A stretch of DNA of 64,000 nucleotides from Nitrospira sp. (GTDB lineage: Bacteria > Nitrospirota > Nitrospiria > Nitrospirales > Nitrospiraceae), in contig JAFEBM010000013.1 in the NCBI GenBank assembly GCA_018242685.1, positions 30,007 through 94,006 of the forward strand, given 5' to 3'. Position numbers and translations under genes: made by a program. Below the pieces are notes generated by a model. That model saw only the letters and a list, made by a program, of their open reading frames with translations. It ran no database searches and was not told the origin of the DNA. This document shows positions 53,371-62,654 of the stretch, piece by piece (the stretch's first letter is position 1; each line of letters starts with the position of its first letter).

Positions 53371-55941
53371 CTACAGTTTCGCAGCAATCTTATCGATTGC
53401 ATAGGCCTCGATGACATCACCGGCTTTGACATCGTTGAAGTTCTCGATACTCAAGCCACATTCATATCCCTGCTGCACTTCACGCACATCGTCCTTGAAA
53501 CGCCGCAACGAACCAAGCTTGCCCTGATAAACCACCACATTGTCGCGAATTACGCGTACCCCGGCGCTTGACCGAGAGATCGTCCCGTCAAGAACATACG
53601 ACCCCGCCACAGGTCCGACCTTCGGAATCGTAAAGACCTGTCGGACTTCCGCTCGTCCCAACACGCGCTCTTTCAGGGTAGGCTCGAGCAAGCCTTCCAT
53701 CGCGGCTTTGATGTCGGCGATGGCGTCATAAATGATCGTATAGAGCCTGACATCGACACCTTGCTGTTCGGCCAATGCCGTTGCCTTCGGCTCCGGCCTG
53801 ATATTGAACCCGATAATGATGGCCCGGGATGCGGCGGCAAGCAGCACGTCGGATTCCATGACTCCACCGACTCCGTTATGAATCACACGGAGCTTGACGG
53901 CGTCTGTCGACAGTTTTTCGACTGCGCCTGCCAATGCTTCAGACGATCCTTGTACGTCGGCCTTGATGACGATGGCCAATTCCTTCACAGATCCTTCTTG
54001 GATCTTCGCGAAGAGATCATCCAAGGATACTTTCGCAGGACTGGTCAGTTCTGCGGCCCGCCGCTTTTGAGCTCGTTCTTCCGCTATCTCTCGAGCAACG
54101 CGCTCGTTGGAGACGACATGAAAGACGTCTCCCGCCGACGGAACGCCAGGCAATCCGATCACTTCCACCGGAATGGACGGCCCAGCCTGTTGCGCCTTTT
54201 CGCCGCGATCATTAATGAGGGCCCGGACACGCCCGCTGAATGTTCCCACGACATAGGCGTCTCCCACCCGTAAGGTCCCGCTCTGGACTAACACTGTCGC
54301 AACAGGGCCTCTCCCCCGTTCGATCTTGGCCTCAATGACGGTGCCTTTGGCCTGCCGGTGCGGATCCGCCTTGAGTTCAAGCACTTCCGCCTGAAGCAAA
54401 ATCATCTCGAGGAGCGTATCGAGCCCCGTTTTCTGTTTGGCGGATACCTCGACCATAATGGTATCCCCGCCCCATGCTTCGGAGATCAGTCCATGTTCAG
54501 AGAGGGCGTTTTTGACCCGATCAGGATTGGCGGTCGGCTTATCGATCTTATTCATCGCGACGATCAACGGCACTCCGGCTGCCTTGGCATGGTGGATCGC
54601 TTCGATGGTTTGCGGCATCACGCCGTCGTCTGCTGCGACAACCAAAATAACGATGTCCGTGACCTTGGCTCCACGAGCTCGCATAGCCGTAAAGGCTTCG
54701 TGGCCGGGAGTGTCCAAAAACGCCACTTGCTTACCACGCACCGAGACGGTATAGGCGCCGATATGTTGAGTAATGCCTCCGGCTTCCCCTTCCGCCACGT
54801 TTGTTTGACGAATCGCATCGAGAAGAGACGTCTTTCCGTGATCGACGTGGCCCATGATGGTGACCACCGGCGGTCGAGATTCCGGTCGTTCTTCACCGCC
54901 CGTCTCGACTACATCTTGCAGCAACTCGTCCCCGACTTTTTCGACCGATATTTCAACTTTGATCCCGCTTTCCTCCGCGAAAATCGATGCGGCATCCAGG
55001 TTCATCGGTTGATGGAACGTCAGCATTTGACCCATGTCCATCAATTTCCGAACAATGTCCGCCGGCCGTTGACCGATCAACTCGGCGAATTCTTTGACCG
55101 TCGTCCTTGGCGTAACTTTCACGCTCTTCCTTCGTGGTTTGGTGATTTCTGCCGGGGCGCTATGGTGCACATGCTTGGACCGGTCATCCCGTCGCTGCAC
55201 CGGAATTGCTCGAAGGTCTTGCCAGCGGGCGGCATCCTCACGAAACTTCACATCTTGTTGCTGATCATCCCTGGGCCGACCCGGTTTCCGCGCTTTCTTA
55301 AGTTTGTCCTTTTGTCCCTCGGCCTCGATAGCCTCGAAGGCCATGCTTTTCTTTTTGCCAGTCACCGGCTCTGGAATCGGCGCTCCGATCGTCGGCGGAG
55401 GGACGGTCGGCTTTGCCGGCATCTCTTCCTGCTTGGCAACGAGAGGCGCCGGTGCGGGCGGGGAAATCTCGCTTGGCCTTTCTTCCGCTGGAAGGCTGTG
55501 ATCGACGGGGGCACCATCACCTGGATGCTCAGTGGATGAGGGCGGTGTCGGCACGGTGAGTGAGGGCGCCGGCTGCGCCTGATGCTCGCCTTCAACGATT
55601 GGAGCTGAAGAAATGGCCTCGGTCGGTTCATCTTCTCTCTTTCGCTTGATCAGTATACGACGCTTGTCAGGCTTGAGTGGTTCTTCGACCACATGACTCC
55701 TTGCCGCCATGGTTTTACCGTGACTTGCGCGCTCCCCTGACTTTGCACCGAGCGCTCCCTCGATTTCCGTCCCCTGACCTTTCGCTTTTGAGCCCAGCTT
55801 ATCCAATGCTTTCTGAACGATTTCATCGTCGAGCGTACTGCTATGAGAGGAAACCGATGCCCCCATCTTCTTGAGCTCGGGGATGAGCACTCGATTTTCC
55901 ATCCCTAACTTTTTCGCGAGTTCGTATACGCGCATAGCCAT
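53371..55941 (-). CDS. infB: Translation initiation factor IF-2
   Basis: [25 protein letters not shown] and NKIDK. Confidence 0.97.
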   Translation of the reverse strand: MAMRVYELAKKLGMENRVLIPELKKMGASVSSHSSTLDDEIVQKALDKLGSKAKGQGTEIEGALGAKSGERASHGKTMAARSHVVEEPLKPDKRRILIKRKREDEPTEAISSAPIVEGEHQAQPAPSLTVPTPPSSTEHPGDGAPVDHSLPAEERPSEISPPAPAPLVAKQEEMPAKPTVPPPTIGAPIPEPVTGKKKSMAFEAIEAEGQKDKLKKARKPGRPRDDQQQDVKFREDAARWQDLRAIPVQRRDDRSKHVHHSAPAEITKPRRKSVKVTPRTTVKEFAELIGQRPADIVRKLMDMGQMLTFHQPMNLDAASIFAEESGIKVEISVEKVGDELLQDVVETGGEERPESRPPVVTIMGHVDHGKTSLLDAIRQTNVAEGEAGGITQHIGAYTVSVRGKQVAFLDTPGHEAFTAMRARGAKVTDIVILVVAADDGVMPQTIEAIHHAKAAGVPLIVAMNKIDKPTANPDRVKNALSEHGLISEAWGGDTIMVEVSAKQKTGLDTLLEMILLQAEVLELKADPHRQAKGTVIEAKIERGRGPVATVLVQSGTLRVGDAYVVGTFSGRVRALINDRGEKAQQAGPSIPVEVIGLPGVPSAGDVFHVVSNERVAREIAEERAQKRRAAELTSPAKVSLDDLFAKIQEGSVKELAIVIKADVQGSSEALAGAVEKLSTDAVKLRVIHNGVGGVMESDVLLAAASRAIIIGFNIRPEPKATALAEQQGVDVRLYTIIYDAIADIKAAMEGLLEPTLKERVLGRAEVRQVFTIPKVGPVAGSYVLDGTISRSSAGVRVIRDNVVVYQGKLGSLRRFKDDVREVQQGYECGLSIENFNDVKAGDVIEAYAIDKIAAKL

Positions 55942-55956
55942 GAGACCGTTCCGTTT

Positions 55957-57108
55957 CTATCCGCTCGTTGCTTCCTCAGCTCTGACCGCCTGCCGAGCTT
56001 CTTCTTGCAGTCGTTGCGCCTCGGCTTCCTCTGCGAGCGCCGCTTTAATTTCCTTATCGCGCTCCACTTTTTCTTTTTCGTATTCCGTTGCGCTGATGAT
56101 ATCGATCTTCCATCCCGTCAAACGTGCGGCAAGCCGAACATTCTGACCATTTTTTCCGATCGCCAACGACAGTTGCGAGTCGGCTGCAACCACGAGCGCC
56201 GACTTCTTCTCTTCGTCGATCCCTACCTTTTCGATCGTTGCGGGGTTCAAGGCTTCGGCAATAAAGACCCGCGGGTCCTGGGTCCAGGTAATGATGTCGA
56301 TCTTCTCGCCCCGCAACTCGCGAACGACAGCCTGCACGCGGGAGCCTTTAATACCGACACAGGCCCCCACCGGATCCACGGCCTTTTCACGTGAGGTCAC
56401 GGCGATCTTCGTCCGATCTCCCGGCTCTCGAACGACAGACCTGATCTCGATGATCTTTTCCATGACTTCCGGTACTTCAAGTTCAAAAAGCTTCGCCACG
56501 AACTGCGGATGGCTACGGGACAGAATGACTTGCACATCTTTCGGCGTACGACGCACTTCCAGCAACATCGCCTTGACACGATCGCCACGCCGATATGTTT
56601 CACGTGGAATCTGCTCTTGTATCGGCAGGATGGCCTCTGTCTTTCCGAGATCCACAAGGTAATTCCGGCGTTCCATGCCGAGAATGATTCCCGTCATGAG
56701 ATCCCCCTGACGGGTCGAATATTCTTTTTGAACCGCTTCCCATTCCGCCTCACGCACCTTCTGGAAGATGACTTGTTTCGCTGTTTGCGCGGCAATCCTT
56801 CCCAATTCGTTCATTTCAATCAGCGATCCGATTTCGTCGCCGACCTCCGCTTCACTATCATATTGGCGGGCTTCTTGAAGAGAGATCTCCGCTTTGGGAT
56901 TGCCGACTGTTTCGACGATGATCTTTTTGGACACGACGGAAATTTCTCCGGTCTTTGGATCGATTTCCACTTGGATGTTTTCAGCCTGGCCGAAGCGTTT
57001 CTTCGCGGCTGTCTGCAGGGCGGATTCAATAGCCCCGATGACTCGGGCCTTGTCGATTCCTTTCTGACGCCCGATTTCGTCGATTACTGAAATCAGTTCT
57101 CGGTTCAT
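55957..57108 (-). CDS. nusA: Transcription termination/antitermination factor NusA
   Basis: N-terminal domain plus S1 plus two KH domains (GACVGIKGSRVQAV, LAIGKNGQNVRLA). No AR1/AR2 repeats. Confidence 0.96.
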   Translation of the reverse strand: MNRELISVIDEIGRQKGIDKARVIGAIESALQTAAKKRFGQAENIQVEIDPKTGEISVVSKKIIVETVGNPKAEISLQEARQYDSEAEVGDEIGSLIEMNELGRIAAQTAKQVIFQKVREAEWEAVQKEYSTRQGDLMTGIILGMERRNYLVDLGKTEAILPIQEQIPRETYRRGDRVKAMLLEVRRTPKDVQVILSRSHPQFVAKLFELEVPEVMEKIIEIRSVVREPGDRTKIAVTSREKAVDPVGACVGIKGSRVQAVVRELRGEKIDIITWTQDPRVFIAEALNPATIEKVGIDEEKKSALVVAADSQLSLAIGKNGQNVRLAARLTGWKIDIISATEYEKEKVERDKEIKAALAEEAEAQRLQEEARQAVRAEEATSG

Positions 57109-57160
57109 ACGTCACGCTCCTGCATCCGGTTACCGCTTACAATTTCCGATTCTCCAGCCC

Positions 57161-57691
57161 CTAAATTTTCACGACCAGCTTCGCTTCGGCGATCATGTCT
57201 CGATTCAATCTCACGGTCTGAGGTGTCCGCATTCCAGCCACAGTCAGGACGACCGCCTGCTCATCCGCCTGCATCAGTTGCCCGGTGATCCTCCACTGGC
57301 CGTCGAGCGGTTGCCGAAGCTTGAGGGTCACCTCTTTTCCAATTGCCCGTCGATAGTCTTGAGATCTCTTGAAGGGTCGGTCAAGACCCGGAGAAGAGAC
57401 TTCAAGGGTATAGGCATGGGGGTACGGATCGGCCACGTCGAGCGCCGGTCCTAGGGTCTTATGTGCCTGCTCACAGTCTGCGATGCTGACTCCACCCGAT
57501 TTATCGATTAGAACACGAACGATCGAACGAGGACCTTGCCCCGCGCACACCACATCAACCAATTCAAGCCCGAGCGTCCATAGGATCGGCGAAATGACTT
57601 CGCGTAACCGGTCGGCAACCGGTTGCGGATCATTGCCCGGTATGCTCAACCCATTTCTCTTTGACATGTGTCCAAACAAAAAAGTGGGCAT
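57161..57691 (-). CDS. rimP: Ribosome maturation factor RimP
   Basis: LGLELVDVVCAGQGPRSIVRVLIDK...LEVSSPGLDRPF. Start is ATG 57691 or 57667. Confidence 0.88.
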   Translation of the reverse strand: MPTFLFGHMSKRNGLSIPGNDPQPVADRLREVISPILWTLGLELVDVVCAGQGPRSIVRVLIDKSGGVSIADCEQAHKTLGPALDVADPYPHAYTLEVSSPGLDRPFKRSQDYRRAIGKEVTLKLRQPLDGQWRITGQLMQADEQAVVLTVAGMRTPQTVRLNRDMIAEAKLVVKI

Positions 57692-57746
57692 GAGCCCACT
57701 TACAGAGGGGGCACCATACCACGCACCTCAGTGCAAAGCAAGGGTA

Positions 57747-58586
57747 CTAACCGGTCAACAAGGCCCAGCGAGCGGCCAGTGTCTTTGTGATGTGGCCCTG
57801 TTGGCCGGAACCGATGGTCTTCCCATCAATCTGGACAACTCCGAGTACTTCAAGCGTGGTTCCGGTCAGAAATACCTCATCCGCGCGGTACAGGAAGTCG
57901 ACTGGTATGAATCGTTCTTCGATCACGATGTCGTCCTTCTTCGCCAGCTCTAACACCACGGTCCGTGTGACGCCGGATAGAATTCGAGGACCTTCGGGAG
58001 CCGTGATGACAACCCCATCTTGAACGGCCATCACATTACTCAGCGCACCTTCCATGACGAAGCCATCTCTGACCAAAATGGTTTCGAAGACACCGGCCTT
58101 TTTCGCTTCTTCACGGGCAAGGACATTGGCCAGGAGATTGACGCTTTTGATATCACAGCGTCCCCATCGAAGATCCTCTCTGGTACAGGCACTGACGCCG
58201 ACCTGACGGATTTCTGACGCCAAGGGATGAAACTTTCTGATGGTCATGACAACCGTCGGGAGAATATCGGAGGGGAAACCATGCTCGCGGGGAGCCACCC
58301 CTCTGGTAAGCTGGATATAGATCTTGGCATCTTGATATCCAGCCAGACTGAGTCCTTGTTGAACCCACCGCGTCCACTGCGCGTTCGTATATGGTTGGCG
58401 AAGCGAGAGCTCTCTAGCGCTCCGATCCAACCGGGCAAGATGCGCGGCAAGCTCGAACGGGGTTCCTCGATAGGTCCGAATGACTTCATAGACGGCATCT
58501 CCGAATTGGAACCCCCGATCATCGATGGAAATGGTCGCTTCTTGCCAAGCAAGAAAGCGGCCGTTGATGAAGGCGATATCAGGCAT
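57747..58586 (-). CDS. Class IV aminotransferase, D-amino-acid aminotransferase-like
   Basis: DRGFQFGDAVYEVIRTY and catalytic-lysine context CDIKSVNLLANVLA. D-alanine versus branched-chain versus ADC-lyase subtype is not resolvable by eye. Confidence 0.75.
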   Translation of the reverse strand: MPDIAFINGRFLAWQEATISIDDRGFQFGDAVYEVIRTYRGTPFELAAHLARLDRSARELSLRQPYTNAQWTRWVQQGLSLAGYQDAKIYIQLTRGVAPREHGFPSDILPTVVMTIRKFHPLASEIRQVGVSACTREDLRWGRCDIKSVNLLANVLAREEAKKAGVFETILVRDGFVMEGALSNVMAVQDGVVITAPEGPRILSGVTRTVVLELAKKDDIVIEERFIPVDFLYRADEVFLTGTTLEVLGVVQIDGKTIGSGQQGHITKTLAARWALLTG

Positions 58587-58590
58587 TGGC

Positions 58591-58959
58591 TCAATTCCTG
58601 GAGGGCGGCTCTGCCTCTATTCGGAACAAGCGCCGATCTTCGGCGGTAAATTTCCATCCCATGCGCTTTTCGAAAATCAGCTGATACACCCCTGATTGCA
58701 CGGCTTTAAATTCGAAGATGCGTTGCCCGTTTTCCACCGCGTTATTGCTCGCGACGCGGAGGAACTCATCACTGAGAAGCGCGAGTCCTTTGGTATCGTA
58801 CGACGGCACCCACTGCTCACCTCTGGTGCGATCTTCCCATAAGTGGATGAAGAATGACTGGTCGACCGTGATCTTGCGACAGTCGCCGGCGTCCAAAGCA
58901 AGGTCGTGGTCGGCACCGGAACTACTCACATCGATACCTGATCCGTGTCGTGAAGACAA
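58591..58959 (-). CDS. Chagasin-like (inhibitor I42 fold) protein, divergent
   Basis: No ATG start (TTG 58959 or GTG 58929). FFIHLWEDRTRGEQW, NGQRIFEFKAVQSGVYQLIFEKRMGWK and RLFRIEA align in order with the chagasin loops NPTTG.W, G.GG and RPW. Tightly packed between the Rieske and aminotransferase genes. Confidence 0.4.
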   Translation of the reverse strand: MSSRHGSGIDVSSSGADHDLALDAGDCRKITVDQSFFIHLWEDRTRGEQWVPSYDTKGLALLSDEFLRVASNNAVENGQRIFEFKAVQSGVYQLIFEKRMGWKFTAEDRRLFRIEAEPPSRN

Positions 58960-58981
58960 CCGTTCGGGCGGATCGCCATTT

Positions 58982-59311
58982 TTATAGTTTCCGCCGAGGG
59001 CCGATCAGAATATCATTCCCGTCCACTCGGACTTCGTAACTTCCGACACAGTAACCGCCGCCGTCGATGCCTTGCCCATTTCTGATATCGAACGCCAGGT
59101 CATGCCAGGGGCAAGCAACGACATACCCTTTGAGTCTTCCCTCAATAAGCGGGGCACCCTCGTGGGGACAACTATTATGGATGGCATACAACTTTCCCTC
59201 GACGTTGAACAAGGCGATCAGGCGATCATTGATCTTGACGATCTTTGACTTTCCCGGAGGGACCTCATCGATCTGTGCAACCTTTTGAAACTCATCCATG
59301 TTGAAGCTCAT
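58982..59311 (-). CDS. Small Rieske [2Fe-2S] protein (NirD-like)
   Basis: CPHEGAPL...ACPWHDLAF (C-x-H ... C-x-x-H). 109 aa. Confidence 0.85.
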   Translation of the reverse strand: MSFNMDEFQKVAQIDEVPPGKSKIVKINDRLIALFNVEGKLYAIHNSCPHEGAPLIEGRLKGYVVACPWHDLAFDIRNGQGIDGGGYCVGSYEVRVDGNDILIGPRRKL

Positions 59312-59349
59312 CCATGGGGGCGTATTTCCTCTTGCTGTCTCCTAAACCT

Positions 59350-59901
59350 CTACATACGAAGGGCATACTTGAGCTCGTCGTTTTTTGCAACTCCCGCTTT
59401 CTGAATGAATCCCGATTCCGCCTGTATCACATACCGAACAGCTTCGGGTGGCGGCCCCAAAAGGGGGCAAGGATCTTGAGCACATGGCTCTGCATGTTCC
59501 AGCATATGCACCACATGATGACTCTCATCCACCCACAGGATATCGATGGGAAATCGATATTCCTTGGTCGTCACCCGATGCATCCCGTTTTGCTCAAAGA
59601 TATAAAGCATGCCGCCGTTCGGAGGCAATGCATCGCGAAAGGCAAGCCCAAAGAGCAGCTTCTCCGGCGTGTCCGCCACTTCGGCTTCCAGCTCAACGCC
59701 GCTCGGGAACGTCACGACGATGATGCTCGACTCCTTGCGTTCGACGAGGAAAACCGATGCGCTCATCAGGAGAAGGGCAAGCAGAGCCATCATGATGATC
59801 CGCTTCTTCCGCTGTTCCCAATTGCTCGCCTGCGCTTGATCAGATGCCATGCTGACGACGACCGACACTTTCTTCCCTGTTGGGCCCAATGGCCCATGCA
59901 C
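59350..59901 (-). CDS. DUF192-domain protein with N-terminal membrane anchor
   Basis: GLAFRDALPPNGGMLYIF and PIDILWVD. GTG at 59901 or ATG at 59850. Confidence 0.75.
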   Translation of the reverse strand: MHGPLGPTGKKVSVVVSMASDQAQASNWEQRKKRIIMMALLALLLMSASVFLVERKESSIIVVTFPSGVELEAEVADTPEKLLFGLAFRDALPPNGGMLYIFEQNGMHRVTTKEYRFPIDILWVDESHHVVHMLEHAEPCAQDPCPLLGPPPEAVRYVIQAESGFIQKAGVAKNDELKYALRM

Positions 59902-59938
59902 AATAATGACCTAGGCCTTCTTCCCGGATTCCGTTCAG

Positions 59939-59968
59939 TTGACTTAGAAAAGAATCACGGAATAGAAT
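59939..59968 (+). promoter_or_regulatory. Candidate sigma-70 promoter upstream of the ferredoxin gene
   Basis: TTGACT-N18-TAGAAT, about 110 nt upstream of ATG 60077. Confidence 0.35.
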
Positions 59969-60055
59969 GCCTTTCGTGCTCTTACTCGACATACGCCGAC
60001 CGAGGCACTATGGTGTGGGCCGCGTGAACTTGTCAATGTTCTTATAGTCTTTTGA

Positions 60056-60424
<369 letters not shown>

Positions 60425-60446
60425 CCCCTCTCTAGTGAATTTATTT

Positions 60447-60488
60447 AAGGCCCCTGGTTCTGGATGGAACCAGGGGCCTTAGTTTTTT
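60447..60488 (+). terminator. Rho-independent terminator of the ferredoxin gene
   Basis: Perfect 14-bp stem AAGGCCCCTGGTTC/GAACCAGGGGCCTT with a 6-nt loop, then AGTTTTTT. Confidence 0.85.
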
Positions 60489-60514
60489 GGCCATGGTGAT
60501 GGCGGAGGAAAATG

Positions 60515-60549
60515 AAAAAGGCCTCGGTGGGCTTCACCGAGGCCTTTTT
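60515..60549. terminator. Bidirectional terminator (serves the minus-strand cupredoxin gene)
   Basis: AAAAA-GGCCTCGGTG-GGCTT-CACCGAGGCC-TTTTT. Confidence 0.8.
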
Positions 60550-60571
60550 CCCACGGTCCGATCGAAATACG

Positions 60572-61048
60572 CTATTTCAGCATCACCAACTTGCCACCGA
60601 CATGAGCTGGATGCAAGTGACAACGATATTCGAGGACATTCCCCGCTGCATAAAACAAATCGCTGGTCGGGACACCGATATACCGCGTTTCCCCCGGCTT
60701 GAGCACTAACTTGGTATCCAAGACAAACGGTCCCGATTGATTGACCGCAGCACTCAGATGAAAGCCATGCTCGGTAGTGGAATTATTCGTCACTTTTATC
60801 AAAACTGGAGCACCGGGACGCCCCTTAAAATCGATGACCGTCGTGGGAGGATACCAAGTCTTCAGGTTCCCGATGTCGATCGAGTAGAACGAAGCATCCA
60901 CGGTCAGCTCCTTAAACGGCTGTCCGACGACAGAACCGGTTTCCAGATCACCGGTCTCAACACCACCTGCTTGAAGCGCATACGAACCCGAAACTCCAAC
61001 CAATACCACCCCAAGGCCGAAGAGGACCGCCAACAATGTCTTGCCCAT
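60572..61048 (-). CDS. Secreted cupredoxin-fold protein with atypical Cys-His-rich metal loop
   Basis: ATG at 61048 after AAGGGGGG gives MGKTLLAVLFGLGVVLVGVSGSYA (signal). VTNNSTTEHGFHL aligns with amicyanin ...REAMPHNVHF. C-terminal YRCHLHPAHVGGKLVM aligns with amicyanin YHCTPHPFMRGKVVV. Confidence 0.65.
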   Translation of the reverse strand: MGKTLLAVLFGLGVVLVGVSGSYALQAGGVETGDLETGSVVGQPFKELTVDASFYSIDIGNLKTWYPPTTVIDFKGRPGAPVLIKVTNNSTTEHGFHLSAAVNQSGPFVLDTKLVLKPGETRYIGVPTSDLFYAAGNVLEYRCHLHPAHVGGKLVMLK

Positions 61049-61408
61049 GACTACCCCCCTTGCAAGAAAAGAAGAGATAAATGAGGCCTGTGAAATATTT
61101 GATGTCAAACTTGGAGGACGTGCAGGCTTTTGGTAACGTGCGCCTTTCGTCTATTGCCCCAACAGCGTTTGTCAACACTCACCGTGTCACACAACGATCG
61201 TTATAGCATAGCGCTCAAAACCGAAGCAACCGATTTGGAACGCCGAAATAGTAGCAATAATCCGGTGGTTGAACGGACAAGACAGAGAGGAAATACCGCC
61301 GAGATAGTGAGGCGGTGGAGCCTCACGAAACAGCGTTGAAGAACTTTTGCAACATCCGAGCTTAAGTATTTCCCGAACATTCCGATACGGCAGTTGAGGA
61401 ACTGCAGC

Positions 61409-62023
61409 ATGTCCATCATTCTGACGGTCAATGGAATTGCGGAGACGTATCCGATCAAGCCGGTTGGCCCACGGAATGGCCGTGTCGAATCCGTTGGGGA
61501 GCGAGAGCATCACGGCCGGCACTCACCCTCATTGGATCACTCCACTTTGACAGCACAGACGGCTTATCAACAACAGAGCAACGAACCGCCACACCTGAAA
61601 CCTGCGGTCCTGGCTCGCGATCTGATGAGTGCTCCGGTTTTCTCTCTTCCCTCCGACAGCACCTTGCTCGACGCCTGGACGAGCATGTCACACAAACAAT
61701 TCCACCATATCCCCATCACGTCGATGCACGACACCCTCGTCGGAATGGTGTCCTATCGTGACTTACTCCATCATGTTCCGGAACTGATCACGGCGGCCGA
61801 TCAGCGTCAGGCCTCCAGGCGACGATTGGCTGAAATCATGACTTCCCGAGTTATTTCTGCGACACCCGTGACAGAAATTCGGGAAATCGCCCGGGTCATG
61901 CTGGACGAAGGGATTCATGCTGTTCCGATCTTGGATCAGAATCGGCGTCTCGTAGGCATCCTGACTACCCGAGACCTGCTGCAGGGTATCGCAAATCACG
62001 GTCCCCTCGAACTCTGGACCTGA
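61409..62023 (+). CDS. CBS-pair domain protein
   Basis: Two CBS motifs (ARDLMSAPVFSL...HHIPIT and EIMTSRVISA...HAVPILD). ORF 61394 starts at TTG; ATG at 61409 follows GAGGA. Confidence 0.8.
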   Translation: MSIILTVNGIAETYPIKPVGPRNGRVESVGEREHHGRHSPSLDHSTLTAQTAYQQQSNEPPHLKPAVLARDLMSAPVFSLPSDSTLLDAWTSMSHKQFHHIPITSMHDTLVGMVSYRDLLHHVPELITAADQRQASRRRLAEIMTSRVISATPVTEIREIARVMLDEGIHAVPILDQNRRLVGILTTRDLLQGIANHGPLELWT

Positions 62024-62067
62024 CTGCTCGCTCGTTTAGCGAAACTCTCCTACTTCTTCTCTCTAGA

Positions 62068-62556
62068 TCAAGACACGTTCGACCATTGTGAGAATGTCGC
62101 GGCTTGACCGATCGGATTTCCGGTAAGGTCGATCACGTTCCAGATCAGGGCATGCTCGACAAGAAATCGTTTCCCCGTTGAAGAGATCCGCATTCCCCGA
62201 TATCCGTCGAAGTAGCCGTTGAGCTTGGCTCGTTCCAACATTCTTCCCCGCTCAGCACGGTCATCCGCCTCGGCCGTGAGTCGCGACGGCGTCTTGATGA
62301 ATCGATCCCAGGAGAGTTCCCAGAGGTCCAAGGCGGTTTGATTGCCGTAATTCAGGATCGGGTCCGGCCCCACACCGTGCGACACGACGGCAAAGGAGGC
62401 TTCGAACAATGTTCGCGCTTGCTGGTTCCTGTCACCCGCCCGCTCGATCAGCTCGTTTCCCGTCCAATGGCGGTAGCTGTCCAGGAGCCACTGACTCCAT
62501 TGCACGATACGTGGTTCGTTCCATTGCACAGCCTTCACAGATGTGGGTGGTACCAT
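62068..62556 (-). CDS. MEKHLA-domain protein
   Basis: ILNYGNQTALDLWELSWDRFIKTPSRLTAE...YRGMRISSTGKRFLVEHALIWNV resembles the PAS-like MEKHLA domain. Confidence 0.65.
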   Translation of the reverse strand: MVPPTSVKAVQWNEPRIVQWSQWLLDSYRHWTGNELIERAGDRNQQARTLFEASFAVVSHGVGPDPILNYGNQTALDLWELSWDRFIKTPSRLTAEADDRAERGRMLERAKLNGYFDGYRGMRISSTGKRFLVEHALIWNVIDLTGNPIGQAATFSQWSNVS

Positions 62557-62654
62557 GTCTCGCGAGAAGGAGCAAGTTGCACAGATACCTTGTCAAAGCC
62601 ATAGGACTTCTCTGTATAATGGCTTGGTTTACGCTTGGATGAGCAGGAGTTGCA

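Noticed and set aside
54358-55539. 393-aa ORF antisense to infB
   Set aside because: It is inside the IF-2 coding region, is Arg-rich and has no recognisable domain.
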